The position numbers and the translations under genes are program-made. The notes beneath the pieces are model-generated. The model was not told where the DNA came from. It made no database searches and saw nothing but the letters and a program-made list of their open reading frames with translations. 64,000 bases of DNA from a bacterium (GTDB lineage Bacteria > Pseudomonadota > Alphaproteobacteria > Rs-D84 > CACZYB01). The DNA lies in assembly GCA_024692925.1 (NCBI GenBank), contig JAILLX010000088.1, positions 152 to 64,151 of the forward strand, read 5' to 3'. This document shows, piece after piece, positions 38,876 through 48,789 of the stretch; position 1 is the first letter of the stretch; each line of letters opens with the position of its first letter.

Positions 38876-40141
38876 TTATTTAGAAAGTTTCAATTTTATT
38901 GTATCAAGGTCATAAATACCTTCACATTTTCCAAGACCCGCAACCGTAATTTTTGATGAAAAAATTTTCTGTGCAGTATTTTTTATATCATCCAGCGAAA
39001 GTGATTCAATAAGTTGTATTGACTCAGAAAACGGAATATGCTTTCCAAAGTGTTGCATTTGACGACCCAAAACCCTTGCCCTTGCAGTTGAATTTTCCAA
39101 ACTCATTAACACACTGGACTTATAACTTATCTTTGCACGTTCAAATTCACGTTCAGTAATACCATCACAAATCTTTAAAATTTCACCGGCTGTTGCATCA
39201 ATAACCTTGTTAATCTTTTCCGGTACGGTGGAAGTATAAATATAAAAATGTCCGGTATCGGAATAATTACTTACACTTGAATATATTGTGTAAACAAGGT
39301 TGTGTTTTTCCCTTACCTCTTGGAAAAGTCGGGATGACATTCCCCCGCCAAGGGTATTGCAAAGAATGTTTTCACAAAAAACTTCTTTCCTGTCAAAAAG
39401 GTTTGTTGCTTCGAACCCAAGCATAAGGTGTACTTGCTCCAAATCTTTGTTTTTGATAAAGTACCCACCCTCGTATTTTGCAGGTGGTGTTGGTGGACAT
39501 CCAGCCACAGTCAAATTTGTGAAATATTTTTTTGCAAGTTCAATAACTTTTTCCTCATCAAAATTTCCTGATACCACAAGGAAAAGTTTATCGGCACAAT
39601 AATTTGTTTTGATATAGGATTTAAGCATATCCGGAGTAATAGAACGTATCGTTTCATCAGTACCCAAAATTGCCCGCCCAAGTGGTTGGTTTGGATATGC
39701 CACCTCGCCATAGTAATCATAAATCACATCATCCGGAGTATCCAGCGAGCTATAATATTCCTGTAAAATAACATTCCTTTCCTTCGAAGTTTCATTTTCA
39801 TCGAAAACAGAGTTTTGAATAATATCCGCCAAAATATCAATGCTTACTTCTAAATATTCCTTTAATGTTTTGGTATAAAAAAAGGTATGATCCTTTGAGG
39901 TATAGGCGTTAATATCGCCCCCAATATCTTCGATAATTTCAGCAATATCCTTATATGTTTTAGTAGTAGTCCCCTTAAAAGCCATATGTTCCAAAAAGTG
40001 TGAAATTCCGTTAATTTCCTTTGTTTCATTACGTGAACCAACACTTGCCCACACACCACAAAAAACCGTTTCAATCGAAGGGTTAAAATCCGACACAACC
40101 GTAAATCCATTTTCCAACTTTGTAATTCTTACATTCTTCAT
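38876..40141 (-). CDS. M16 family zinc metallopeptidase (pitrilysin/processing-peptidase-like)
   Basis: 421 aa; inverted zinc motif HFLEHMAFKGT (HxxEH). Confidence 0.85.
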   Translation of the reverse strand: MKNVRITKLENGFTVVSDFNPSIETVFCGVWASVGSRNETKEINGISHFLEHMAFKGTTTKTYKDIAEIIEDIGGDINAYTSKDHTFFYTKTLKEYLEVSIDILADIIQNSVFDENETSKERNVILQEYYSSLDTPDDVIYDYYGEVAYPNQPLGRAILGTDETIRSITPDMLKSYIKTNYCADKLFLVVSGNFDEEKVIELAKKYFTNLTVAGCPPTPPAKYEGGYFIKNKDLEQVHLMLGFEATNLFDRKEVFCENILCNTLGGGMSSRLFQEVREKHNLVYTIYSSVSNYSDTGHFYIYTSTVPEKINKVIDATAGEILKICDGITEREFERAKISYKSSVLMSLENSTARARVLGRQMQHFGKHIPFSESIQLIESLSLDDIKNTAQKIFSSKITVAGLGKCEGIYDLDTIKLKLSK

Positions 40142-40268
40142 AACACACCTCTTTTTAATGATAGTAAAATAGTATCACCTGCCCTGATTAAAATCAAATA
40201 AAAAAGTATTTACAATAAGTATTATATACTTTATACTTTAAGAAAATAAGTCACAAAAAGGAGAAAAA

Positions 40269-41864
40269 ATGTTAAACAAAAGAAGCATAGGAAAAATTTT
40301 ACTTTCTGTTTTTGTAATATCATCACTACTTATTACTGGTGATAGTATTGTAAATGCAGCAAAGAAAAGATCATCAAAACGTGCAAGTAGCACATCAAAC
40401 AAAAAGAAAACTTCATCAAAAAAATCCGGTTCAAAACGTTCGGCAAGTTCTAAATCATCGAAACGTGCCGCAAGTACAAATTCACGTCGTGCCGCAAGTA
40501 CAAATTCCCGCCGTGCCGCACGAACAAACTCTCGCCGTGCTGCCGCTGCTGCACGAAGAATTTCTGGTGCAACAACATCAACTGCTTCCACATCAAAAAG
40601 GTCATCGGGTAATCAATGTCCTGTTGGAAGAGTAGTAAGATATGCTTCTGATGAACAAACATATTATTATGCAAGAAAGAAAACTTGTACTGCACCTGAA
40701 AATGCACACGAAGAATCATGGGATTCAAGTTCTAATTTAAAAAAGATGGCATGGATCGAAGCATCCGAAGCTGTATACTTCACCTGTGATGAAAATTTCA
40801 CAAAAAAGGGAACTGCATGTATCGATGCATACGGTATTTGCCCTCTTGATACTGCACTTGAAAAATCAGGAAAGGATTACATAAATCCAAATACGGATGA
40901 GGCTTGCTCTGCTCCGGAAAAATCAATTTTATCAAAACTTACTGATGAGGAAGCCGAAAACGCAGGATACGATTCCGCATATAAATTCTCTTGCCCTGAA
41001 AATTATTATTCAAGCGAGTTAACAGCTGGATACATTGCACAATGTAATGAATGCCCTGATGGATATACTGCACCTGCTGGTTCCACATCAAAGGATGCCT
41101 GTGTAAATCCATTGGATAAGGTATCATGCGATGCCGGAAACGGATATGTCGATGGCACATGTACCCCATGTGCTGCTGGTACTTTCTCTCTTGGTGGAAA
41201 GACACAATGTAATACTTGTCTTGCAACAGGTGTTGCGACATGTGATGCCACAAATGGAAAGGCTTTGACCTGTAAGACTGGCTATTATATGAGTGATGGT
41301 AATTGCGTAGCAGAAAAATCTTGTGGTACAGGGGCTGCGACATGTGATAAATCTACTGGAAAAGCAACAAAATGTAATGGTGGTTATAAGTTGTTAAGCA
41401 ACGGTACATGTGAAATTTGTCCTGCTGGTACTTATGCAAGGGCTGGTTCACAAGTATGTTCTCCATGTAATGATTACTACTGGTCTAACCCTGGTTCTGC
41501 ATCTTGCGGTCGAATTCAAATTAAAATTACTTACTCTCATTGGAACAATGACAATGAAGCAGGAAGAACTTGTGCCGCTTCAAAACAACAATGGTTTAAC
41601 GCTGGAACAACTGTTCAATGTAATAATGCAACATTTGGTGACCCTGCGGTAGGTCGTGGTAAGGGTTGTGGTGCCGAATGTGCTCACCTTTCAAGTGAAG
41701 GACAAACCATTGAACTTGGTTCATGCCGAAAACTTCCATGTGATATTTACGGAAGAAGTGGCGACAGAACTATAAAACTTAATGCTGATGGTACCGCTGA
41801 TGGTAAGGGTTCTGGTTGGTCCAATACTTACAGCAGGGTTTCATCAAATATGGTAAGATGGTAA
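40269..41864 (+). CDS. secreted cysteine-rich repeat protein with basic Ser/Arg/Ala-rich N-terminal module
   Basis: 531 aa; signal peptide; KRASSTSNKKKTSSKK...STNSRRAASTNSRRAARTNSRRAAAAARR; >40 Cys in repeated C..C(P).G.Y(.A.AG....C..C) units resembling eukaryotic furin-like/GCC2-GCC3/VSP-type repeats. Confidence 0.55.
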   Translation: MLNKRSIGKILLSVFVISSLLITGDSIVNAAKKRSSKRASSTSNKKKTSSKKSGSKRSASSKSSKRAASTNSRRAASTNSRRAARTNSRRAAAAARRISGATTSTASTSKRSSGNQCPVGRVVRYASDEQTYYYARKKTCTAPENAHEESWDSSSNLKKMAWIEASEAVYFTCDENFTKKGTACIDAYGICPLDTALEKSGKDYINPNTDEACSAPEKSILSKLTDEEAENAGYDSAYKFSCPENYYSSELTAGYIAQCNECPDGYTAPAGSTSKDACVNPLDKVSCDAGNGYVDGTCTPCAAGTFSLGGKTQCNTCLATGVATCDATNGKALTCKTGYYMSDGNCVAEKSCGTGAATCDKSTGKATKCNGGYKLLSNGTCEICPAGTYARAGSQVCSPCNDYYWSNPGSASCGRIQIKITYSHWNNDNEAGRTCAASKQQWFNAGTTVQCNNATFGDPAVGRGKGCGAECAHLSSEGQTIELGSCRKLPCDIYGRSGDRTIKLNADGTADGKGSGWSNTYSRVSSNMVRW

Positions 41865-41885
41865 TCATAATATAACTAATAAAAA

Positions 41886-41916
41886 GACCCTGAAATTCAT
41901 TCAGGGCCTTTTTTTG
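41886..41916 (+). terminator. terminator-like hairpin (degenerate member of the hairpin repeat family) after the Cys-rich gene
   Basis: gaccctgaa attcat ttcagggcc + T-run. Confidence 0.5.
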
Positions 41917-41930
41917 TCGCATAATACCTT

Positions 41931-41955
41931 GTCATCGTGAACTTGTTTCAGGATC
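41931..41955. repeat. palindromic hairpin repeat, copy B (gtcatcgtgaacttgtttcaggatc)
   Basis: Matches copies at 19719, 42046 and 42377(rc). Confidence 0.65.
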
Positions 41956-42045
41956 TAAAACTAATATCCTGTCATTGCGAACCTCACAGTGGCACGGTAA
42001 TCCATAATAAGACAAATATATCCTTTGTCACACTTATATATAATT

Positions 42046-42070
42046 GTCATCCTGAACTTGTTTCAGGATC
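42046..42070. repeat. palindromic hairpin repeat, copy C, overlapping the 3' end/stop of the GIY-YIG gene; preceded by the 18-nt box taatccataataagacaaa (41998-42016)
   Basis: gtcatcctgaacttgtttcaggatc; 8-bp stem atcctgaa/ttcaggat with 5-nt loop. Confidence 0.7.
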
Positions 42071-42360
42071 TAAAACAAACTATCATACAAATCATTAAAA
42101 TCTGGATTTTTACTTTTAATTAAATTTATCTTCCAATCTCTGTGCCAATTTTTAAGTTGTCGTTCTCTTGAAACCATAAGATAAGGATCATCATAAATTT
42201 CATAATAAACAAGTTTTTCAACATTATATTTTTTTGAAAATCCTTTAAAAATTTTATTTTTATGTTCATAAATTCTTTTTTGTAAATCTGATGTAGAACC
42301 AATATAAAATACATTATTTTTTAAATTCGTTAAAATATAAATATAATATTGTTTTGACAT
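42070..42360 (-). CDS. small GIY-YIG nuclease domain protein (YhbQ/UPF0213-like); start reassigned to ATG (MSKQYY)
   Basis: ~96 aa; YYIYILTN (GIY), FYIGST (YIG), R.YEH motif. Confidence 0.8.
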   Translation of the reverse strand: MSKQYYIYILTNLKNNVFYIGSTSDLQKRIYEHKNKIFKGFSKKYNVEKLVYYEIYDDPYLMVSRERQLKNWHRDWKINLIKSKNPDFNDLYDSLF

Positions 42361-42376
42361 ATTTTTTAATCTCAAA

Positions 42377-42401
42377 GATCCTGAAACAAGTTCAGGATGA
42401 C
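42377..42401. repeat. palindromic hairpin repeat, copy D in inverted orientation, 17 nt upstream of the GIY-YIG start
   Basis: gatcctgaaacaagttcaggatgac = reverse complement of copy C. Confidence 0.7.
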
Positions 42402-42433
42402 CCTCCCCTCTATCATTATAAAAGACTACTCTT

Positions 42434-43681
42434 CTACTGATACCTTAATGCCTCAATCGGATCAAGTTTTGTTGCCTTAATCGCAGGGAAAATTCCTGAC
42501 GCAATTCCAACAACAATTGCAACTGAAAATGAAATTATCACGGTAAGCATTGATATTGGCACATTCTTTTCCAACAAAACGCCAACAACTTGCGATATAC
42601 CAATACCCAAAACCATTCCAACCATACTTCCAATAAACGAAATCAAAATCGCCTCCAAAAGGAATTGATAAAGTATATAGGAATTTTTCGCACCAATCGC
42701 CTTTCGTATACCAATCTCACGCGTACGTTCGGTCACGGAAACAAGCATCATATTCATAATACCAATACTTCCAACAATAAGGGATATCGAAGCAATCGAC
42801 GCCAACAAAATCGAAAGATATGTTCCAACCGACTTTACAGTTTCGACCATCTCGGTCATATCATCCACCCTAAAATCATTTTCCGCACCAGGTTTAAGAC
42901 GTCGAGATTCGCGTAGGGCATTTTCAATATACTTTTTTGCCTTTGAAATATTTTTATCACTATCCACCTGTGCCATAATATAGCTTACACGATTCGGAAT
43001 ATAACTTCCCCTAATACGTCTACGATAAGTTGTCACCGGCATAATCACAGTTTCGTCCCTGTCGACGCCACCCATACCTTGACCCTTTGCCTTTAACACA
43101 CCCTTTACAATAAACGGAATATTACTTACACGCACAGTTTTCCCAATCGCACTTTCACCACCTGGGAAAAGATTCGCTTCAATAGTTTTTCCAATCAACA
43201 CATAAGCCTGTGCCGATTTCACATCACGTTCGGAAAGTCCCTCGCCTCGTTCAATCTCCCACTTTCCAGTAGAAAGATAATCCGGAGTCGACGCAACAAT
43301 TGATGCGGTATAATTTTCATTTCCATAAATAATTTGTGCCGTACCATTAACAATAGGCGACACTGCCTTTATATATTTAAGTTTTCTTATCACATCCGCA
43401 TCACCAGTTTTAACCACAGTTTGCCCACCACTTTTCACACCCGACGTTGCAACAAATTCCGGTCTGATAAGCAAAAGATTACTTCCCATTCCGGCGAAAC
43501 TGTCGTTAATCATATTCTGTACAGTTTGCCCCGCCGCAACCATAATCACAACTGCACACACACCAATAATGATACCAAGTGTTGTCAAAAACGAACGAAG
43601 TTTATTTGACTTTATCGAAATCCAAGACTCACGAAAAACAGCATTGGACATATGAATTTTTTGATCAAGTTTTTCTTCCAT
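42434..43681 (-). CDS. ABC transporter permease, MacB/LolE (FtsX) family
   Basis: 415 aa; N-terminal TM, large periplasmic domain, three C-terminal TMs; MacB-like architecture. Confidence 0.82.
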   Translation of the reverse strand: MEEKLDQKIHMSNAVFRESWISIKSNKLRSFLTTLGIIIGVCAVVIMVAAGQTVQNMINDSFAGMGSNLLLIRPEFVATSGVKSGGQTVVKTGDADVIRKLKYIKAVSPIVNGTAQIIYGNENYTASIVASTPDYLSTGKWEIERGEGLSERDVKSAQAYVLIGKTIEANLFPGGESAIGKTVRVSNIPFIVKGVLKAKGQGMGGVDRDETVIMPVTTYRRRIRGSYIPNRVSYIMAQVDSDKNISKAKKYIENALRESRRLKPGAENDFRVDDMTEMVETVKSVGTYLSILLASIASISLIVGSIGIMNMMLVSVTERTREIGIRKAIGAKNSYILYQFLLEAILISFIGSMVGMVLGIGISQVVGVLLEKNVPISMLTVIISFSVAIVVGIASGIFPAIKATKLDPIEALRYQ

Positions 43682-44388
43682 TATCGTTTTCCCTTAAATT
43701 CACTTACCGGACCATCATAATGCACGACACCATCAATTATGTAAATAAGGCGTTTTGCAAAATCCGCAATATCCGGTTCATGCGTGACAAGAACAATAGT
43801 TTTTCCATCTTCGTTTAATTTTTGGAAAAGGTTCATAATTTCAACCGAAGTTTTTGTATCCAAATTTCCGGTTGGTTCATCCGCCAAAATAAGTTTTGGA
43901 TTATTGATAAGTGCACGTGCAATTGCAACCCTTTGTTGCATACCACCCGAAATCTGACTTGGAAATCTATCAACAAAATCCTTTAGCCCAACATGTTCAA
44001 GCATCTCCCTTGCCCGTTTATGTTGAGTATCCAAATCATACCCCGCATAAATAAGAGGAATTGAAACATTATCAAGCAAAGATCTTTTCATCAAAAGGTT
44101 AAACCCCTGAAACACAAAACCGATTTTTTCACTTCGAACATTTGCAAGCTGGTCATCATTCATTCCCGATACAACTTCGCCACCAATTTTATAAACACCT
44201 GATGTCGGAGTATCAAGACAACCAAGCGTATTCATAAGAGTGGACTTACCACTTCCACTTGGTCCCATAATTGCAACAAATTCACCTTCTTCTATTGAAA
44301 AATTTACATCCTTTAAAACAGGATACGGATCCCCAACAGCCATAGGATAACTTTTATATAAATGTTCTACTTCTATAACTTTTGCCAT
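43681..44388 (-). CDS. ABC transporter ATP-binding protein (MacB/LolD-type)
   Basis: 235 aa; Walker A GPSGSGKST, signature LSGGMQQRVAIARAL, Walker B LILADEPTGNLD. Confidence 0.9.
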   Translation of the reverse strand: MAKVIEVEHLYKSYPMAVGDPYPVLKDVNFSIEEGEFVAIMGPSGSGKSTLMNTLGCLDTPTSGVYKIGGEVVSGMNDDQLANVRSEKIGFVFQGFNLLMKRSLLDNVSIPLIYAGYDLDTQHKRAREMLEHVGLKDFVDRFPSQISGGMQQRVAIARALINNPKLILADEPTGNLDTKTSVEIMNLFQKLNEDGKTIVLVTHEPDIADFAKRLIYIIDGVVHYDGPVSEFKGKR

Positions 44389-44398
44389 AGGTCTTTTC

Positions 44399-45613
44399 CT
44401 ACATCATTGGTGGACCACGTCTATTTCTTCCGCCGAACGATGATGACTTTTTTGATTTTTTAGCTTTAAGTTCACCCTCATACAAAAAATCAGAAATAAT
44501 CATATCCCCATCTTTTAATTCCGAAGATATAATTTCAGTAATCGCACCATTTGTAATACCCTTTACAACCTTAACTGCTCTTATATCTTTTTCACCTTTT
44601 TTAAAGGTATAAACAAATGTTTCATTAGGAAGCAATGTTTTATTTTCCGGATAGATTATATAGCTTTGCAATGCCTCATCTGGTTTAAATTGAAGAACAT
44701 AATTTTCAATAGAAAGGACATTATTTTTTCTTAATGTATCCACATCAACAAACGCAGTCATCCCCGGAAGAAGTTTTCCTTCCTTATTATCGATTTTTAT
44801 AATAACATTATAGATAACAACATTTTGTTCAGTTGTTGGATTAAGTCGCACCTGATCCACAACACCATGGAATGTTTCAACCGGAAAAGCATCAACCGTA
44901 AAATCTACATTCTGACCTTTTTTTATATTACCAATATCCGCCTCTGAAATACTCGCTTCAATCTGCATTTTAGTTAAATCTTCCGCAATAGTAAAAAGTG
45001 TTGGTGCAGAAAATGACGAAGCAATAGTTTGCCCTTCCTCCACATCCTTTGAAATAACGACACCCGATACCGGAGATTTAATTTCAGCATATTCAATATT
45101 GCGTTTGCTTCGTTCATTATTTGCCTTTGCCGCAATATAATCAGCCTCCGCACTTGCCAAATCAGTCACAGCTTGATCCAATTCAAATTTTGCAATATAT
45201 CCCTCATTAAACAAAGACTCGGTTCTTTCTTTATCAAGCCTTGCTAAATCAAACTTTGCCTTTGCCTGAGCCATCTTTGCCTCAGTCGAATTTATATCTT
45301 CAATCAAAAGGGATTTATCAATTTGTGCAAGAAGTTGTCCTTCCTTCACCTCTGCATTATAATCAACATAAATCTTGTCAACTATACCTGAAACTTGTGC
45401 ACCAACAGACACAACATTCACCGGATTTATTGTACCAGTTGCACTTACTGATGAATGCACATCTTGATTTGATAACTTTGCAAATTCAAAAAGTTCTGGT
45501 TTAAGGTTAAGTGGTTTATTTCTTCCAAAAAAAAGTTTATATGCACCAAATATGGCACCCAAAATAATAATTGAAACTATAACTTTCTTTTTATTTACAT
45601 TTTCTAAAACCAT
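44399..45613 (-). CDS. HlyD/MacA-family periplasmic adaptor (membrane fusion protein)
   Basis: 404 aa; N-terminal TM, coiled-coil hairpin, beta-barrel/lipoyl-like C-terminal region. Confidence 0.78.
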   Translation of the reverse strand: MVLENVNKKKVIVSIIILGAIFGAYKLFFGRNKPLNLKPELFEFAKLSNQDVHSSVSATGTINPVNVVSVGAQVSGIVDKIYVDYNAEVKEGQLLAQIDKSLLIEDINSTEAKMAQAKAKFDLARLDKERTESLFNEGYIAKFELDQAVTDLASAEADYIAAKANNERSKRNIEYAEIKSPVSGVVISKDVEEGQTIASSFSAPTLFTIAEDLTKMQIEASISEADIGNIKKGQNVDFTVDAFPVETFHGVVDQVRLNPTTEQNVVIYNVIIKIDNKEGKLLPGMTAFVDVDTLRKNNVLSIENYVLQFKPDEALQSYIIYPENKTLLPNETFVYTFKKGEKDIRAVKVVKGITNGAITEIISSELKDGDMIISDFLYEGELKAKKSKKSSSFGGRNRRGPPMM

Positions 45614-45628
45614 CTAGCCTCCAATATT

Positions 45629-47011
45629 TTATTTTAGTTCACCAAGATTTTTTAAATTAAGTTCACCCGCTGATTTAAGAAGGGCAACCTTTGCAGTATA
45701 AAGTCCATACTGTGCAGCAATAAGTTCCTGTCTTGCAGAAAGAAGTTTTGATTGTGCTTCCATAAGACTTATAATATCGCCTTTTCCTGCCTTAAATGAA
45801 CCAAGGGCAACCCTTTCGTTTTCAACTGCACTTTCAAAAAGTTTCTTTGCAATAGTAAGAGCTTTTACACTTGTCTTATAACCATTATACGCGGTCACAA
45901 CACTAAGTTCGACATCTTGTTCTAATTGTTTCAAAGCCTCTTTGTCTGCTGCATATTGATATTTTGCATTACGGAGCGAATAAGTATTTTCAAATCCAGT
46001 AAATATTGGCATAGAAATTTTTACACCCAAAGCCCAATAATCTTGATCTTTTTCCAAACTATTTACTTCTGGATCAACATCAGTCCATGTTCTTGAACCA
46101 AATGCAGAAATCGTTGGGAAATAAGTTGCACTTGCCGATCTTACACCTGCATAACTTGCCTTAACTACCGCAGCCTTTGCCTGTAAATCAGGTCTTTTTG
46201 CCAAAGCAAGTTTCACCAAATCATCAACTGATTTATTAATAAGTTCATCTGTTGTATCAGCAAATGATTGAACAAGTCTTATCTCCTGTGATGGAGGAAG
46301 TCCCAAATAACTTGCAAGTTTTGCATTTGCGGTAATTACAACTTGCTCTTGCTTTGTCACCTGAAGTTGTGCCTGTGCATAAGCAGTTTCCGCCTGCAAA
46401 GTATCAGCCTTTGATGACATTCCTAATTCAAACTTTTTACTTGCAAGTTCAAACGATTTCAAACTTGCCTCTTCATTTGCCTTAACCGCAGCCAATTCCT
46501 CCACCGCAGAAAGAGCATCATAATATGCAACTATTGTATCGTATGCAACCTGTTGCAAAGTATTATTGTATTGAAAATTCATCGAATTCATTGATTGAAA
46601 AGTTTTTTCAACCGCAGATTCTCTTTTTCCAAAATCATACAAAAGCCAACTAAGTGATAAACCAGCCTCTGCCCCCTTTGAAACAGTTTCAACACCATCT
46701 GGATTTACCATATAATTTGTTGAATCAGATTTTGTATAACCCGCACTTGCATTTATTTGTGGAAGATATGAACCCAATGTTCCCTTATACGCAGTTTCAC
46801 CAACCTTTGTTGAAAGCCAAGCCTGTCTTGTTGTCGGATTATTGCACATAGCAAGTTCAATTACATCAGCCAAGTTAAGTGCATCCTTTGTCACATCCTT
46901 TGTAATATTACAAGAACTACTAATATTAACACTTTTATTTTCTACATTTTCCGAAGCCATAACATTTGTTGATAAAAGCAAAGCCATAGCCAATATTGAT
47001 ACTTTTTTCAT
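45629..47011 (-). CDS. TolC-like outer-membrane efflux protein (start at MKKVSIL)
   Basis: Signal peptide; two internally repeated helical-hairpin halves typical of the OEP family. Confidence 0.72.
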   Translation of the reverse strand: MKKVSILAMALLLSTNVMASENVENKSVNISSSCNITKDVTKDALNLADVIELAMCNNPTTRQAWLSTKVGETAYKGTLGSYLPQINASAGYTKSDSTNYMVNPDGVETVSKGAEAGLSLSWLLYDFGKRESAVEKTFQSMNSMNFQYNNTLQQVAYDTIVAYYDALSAVEELAAVKANEEASLKSFELASKKFELGMSSKADTLQAETAYAQAQLQVTKQEQVVITANAKLASYLGLPPSQEIRLVQSFADTTDELINKSVDDLVKLALAKRPDLQAKAAVVKASYAGVRSASATYFPTISAFGSRTWTDVDPEVNSLEKDQDYWALGVKISMPIFTGFENTYSLRNAKYQYAADKEALKQLEQDVELSVVTAYNGYKTSVKALTIAKKLFESAVENERVALGSFKAGKGDIISLMEAQSKLLSARQELIAAQYGLYTAKVALLKSAGELNLKNLGELK

Positions 47012-47175
47012 AAAAATTACTCCTTTATACATATCCTTTAATTATAGTTTAAAAAGAAAATAGTGTCAAATTATTTAAACTCCTATATCTAAGTTTTTAT
47101 TATTTTTGTCATTAACTTAACAAAAAAATAAACCCCATACAAAAAGCACGGGGTTTAAGAAGTACCAAAAAAAAG

Positions 47176-48756
47176 TTATTGTGCAGAATTTAACGCATCA
47201 AGACAATCCTTTGCCATATCTGCATCTTTTTCCACCTTTGAAATTGCCACCACAGAAAGTGCAGTTGACGCACCCGAAGTACCGGTTGTCACACCTGCCA
47301 ATATTGTTGTAGCAAGGTTCAAATTCTTTTCTTTCTTTTTTCCCTTTTCGGAATCATCAGAACGAACCTTATCATTATTTGCCATAATTGATGTCACAGT
47401 ACCAGCACCAGCCGTAGCAGTTCCAACTGATGAAATAATACCTGATGCCAACATAACATTTGAAACTTTTTCAATATTTTTTTCATCAAACGGAGAACAT
47501 TTTTCTGCAATATTTGATGCAAGTTTATATGTTGCATCTTCGATTGACATTTCTTCGGCTTCGAACTCTGCTTTTATTTGTTTAAGTTCTGCAATTTTCG
47601 CATTACATGTAGCCATTCTTTTTACCAAAGTTTTCGCCCTACCTGTTGAAACAAATGATGAAACAGTTGATACAGTCGAAGTAGCAGTTGCACCTGCCAT
47701 AAGTCCAGTTCTTATATTACCCAAAGTTTTTGAAGTTTGTTCATCCTTTGAATTTTTTAAATTATTTCGTGCATTAACTTCATCAACCTTTGCCTGTAAT
47801 GTTGTTTCGTTATCTTTTTCCGCATCATAGGATGCAAGTTTTCCAGACAATTCTTCAGTATTAGAAATTGATGAATATGGTTCAAGTTTTTGCAATGCAT
47901 CATATTGTTGTCTAAGAATATTTGCATTAACCGACGGACCTTCTTCAAAAGGATTAAGATCTACCTTACCAACTTCTTTAAAATATTGACCATAAAGTTC
48001 ATCAATTTTCTTTGCTTCTTCAATCATTTTTTCATTATCTTCAGCATTTTTAGCTTCATCAAAAGCAAACCATGCTTCACCAACCACACCTTTTACTTCA
48101 TCAATTTTTTCTTGTGTAAGCTCATCTTTTACCAAAGCAATTTCTTGACTATTTTCGATTCGTTTATCAACTGAACCCTTTACCAAACTTACTGCCAATG
48201 CACCACCCGCAGCCATTGTTCCCAAACCGGATGATACTGTTGTTGCGGTTGCCCATCCTCTTATCACAGCCAAATCATCTGCAATTCCTGAACATGCACT
48301 TGATGCTTCGGTAAGTTTAGCAGCAAATTTTGTTTTAAGTGCATTTAATGCTTTTGAAGATTTAAGTTCTGATTTCAACGCATTATTTTCCATTGTCAAT
48401 TGTTGTTCAGTAGAAAGTGCTGTACCATCTGCATTTGTGACAGAAGAAGAAACTGAACCATCCGAATATGTTTGTGTTGTTGTTATTGTACCATCAGCAT
48501 TTACAACAGTATTTGTTGAAACCAAAGTGGCTGGTTCCGGAGTTGCCACAACATTTTCTGGTACCACAGGTACCACAGTATCAGTTGTTGTATAAATTGC
48601 AGTAGTAGAACTAGCCGCAAGTTTTGAAGCCGATGCCGCCCTACGTCTTTTTGCAGTATACCTGTTTGTTTTTGCATCCGCAGTTAATGGAAATACTATA
48701 ATTTCATTCAAAATAATAGCACTTAAAGTAAGAATACTTATTTTTTTATTTTTCAT
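47176..48756 (-). CDS. secreted coiled-coil protein with basic N-terminal module and Gly/Ala/Thr-rich segments
   Basis: 526 aa; signal peptide; RRRAASASKLAASS; GLGTMAAGGALAVS, GTATAGAGTVTS, GVTTGTSGASTALS; paralogue of 15908..17569. Confidence 0.5.
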   Translation of the reverse strand: MKNKKISILTLSAIILNEIIVFPLTADAKTNRYTAKRRRAASASKLAASSTTAIYTTTDTVVPVVPENVVATPEPATLVSTNTVVNADGTITTTQTYSDGSVSSSVTNADGTALSTEQQLTMENNALKSELKSSKALNALKTKFAAKLTEASSACSGIADDLAVIRGWATATTVSSGLGTMAAGGALAVSLVKGSVDKRIENSQEIALVKDELTQEKIDEVKGVVGEAWFAFDEAKNAEDNEKMIEEAKKIDELYGQYFKEVGKVDLNPFEEGPSVNANILRQQYDALQKLEPYSSISNTEELSGKLASYDAEKDNETTLQAKVDEVNARNNLKNSKDEQTSKTLGNIRTGLMAGATATSTVSTVSSFVSTGRAKTLVKRMATCNAKIAELKQIKAEFEAEEMSIEDATYKLASNIAEKCSPFDEKNIEKVSNVMLASGIISSVGTATAGAGTVTSIMANNDKVRSDDSEKGKKKEKNLNLATTILAGVTTGTSGASTALSVVAISKVEKDADMAKDCLDALNSAQ

Positions 48757-48789
48757 AATAAAGACCTTTCCTTCTTTGTTAACTAATAA

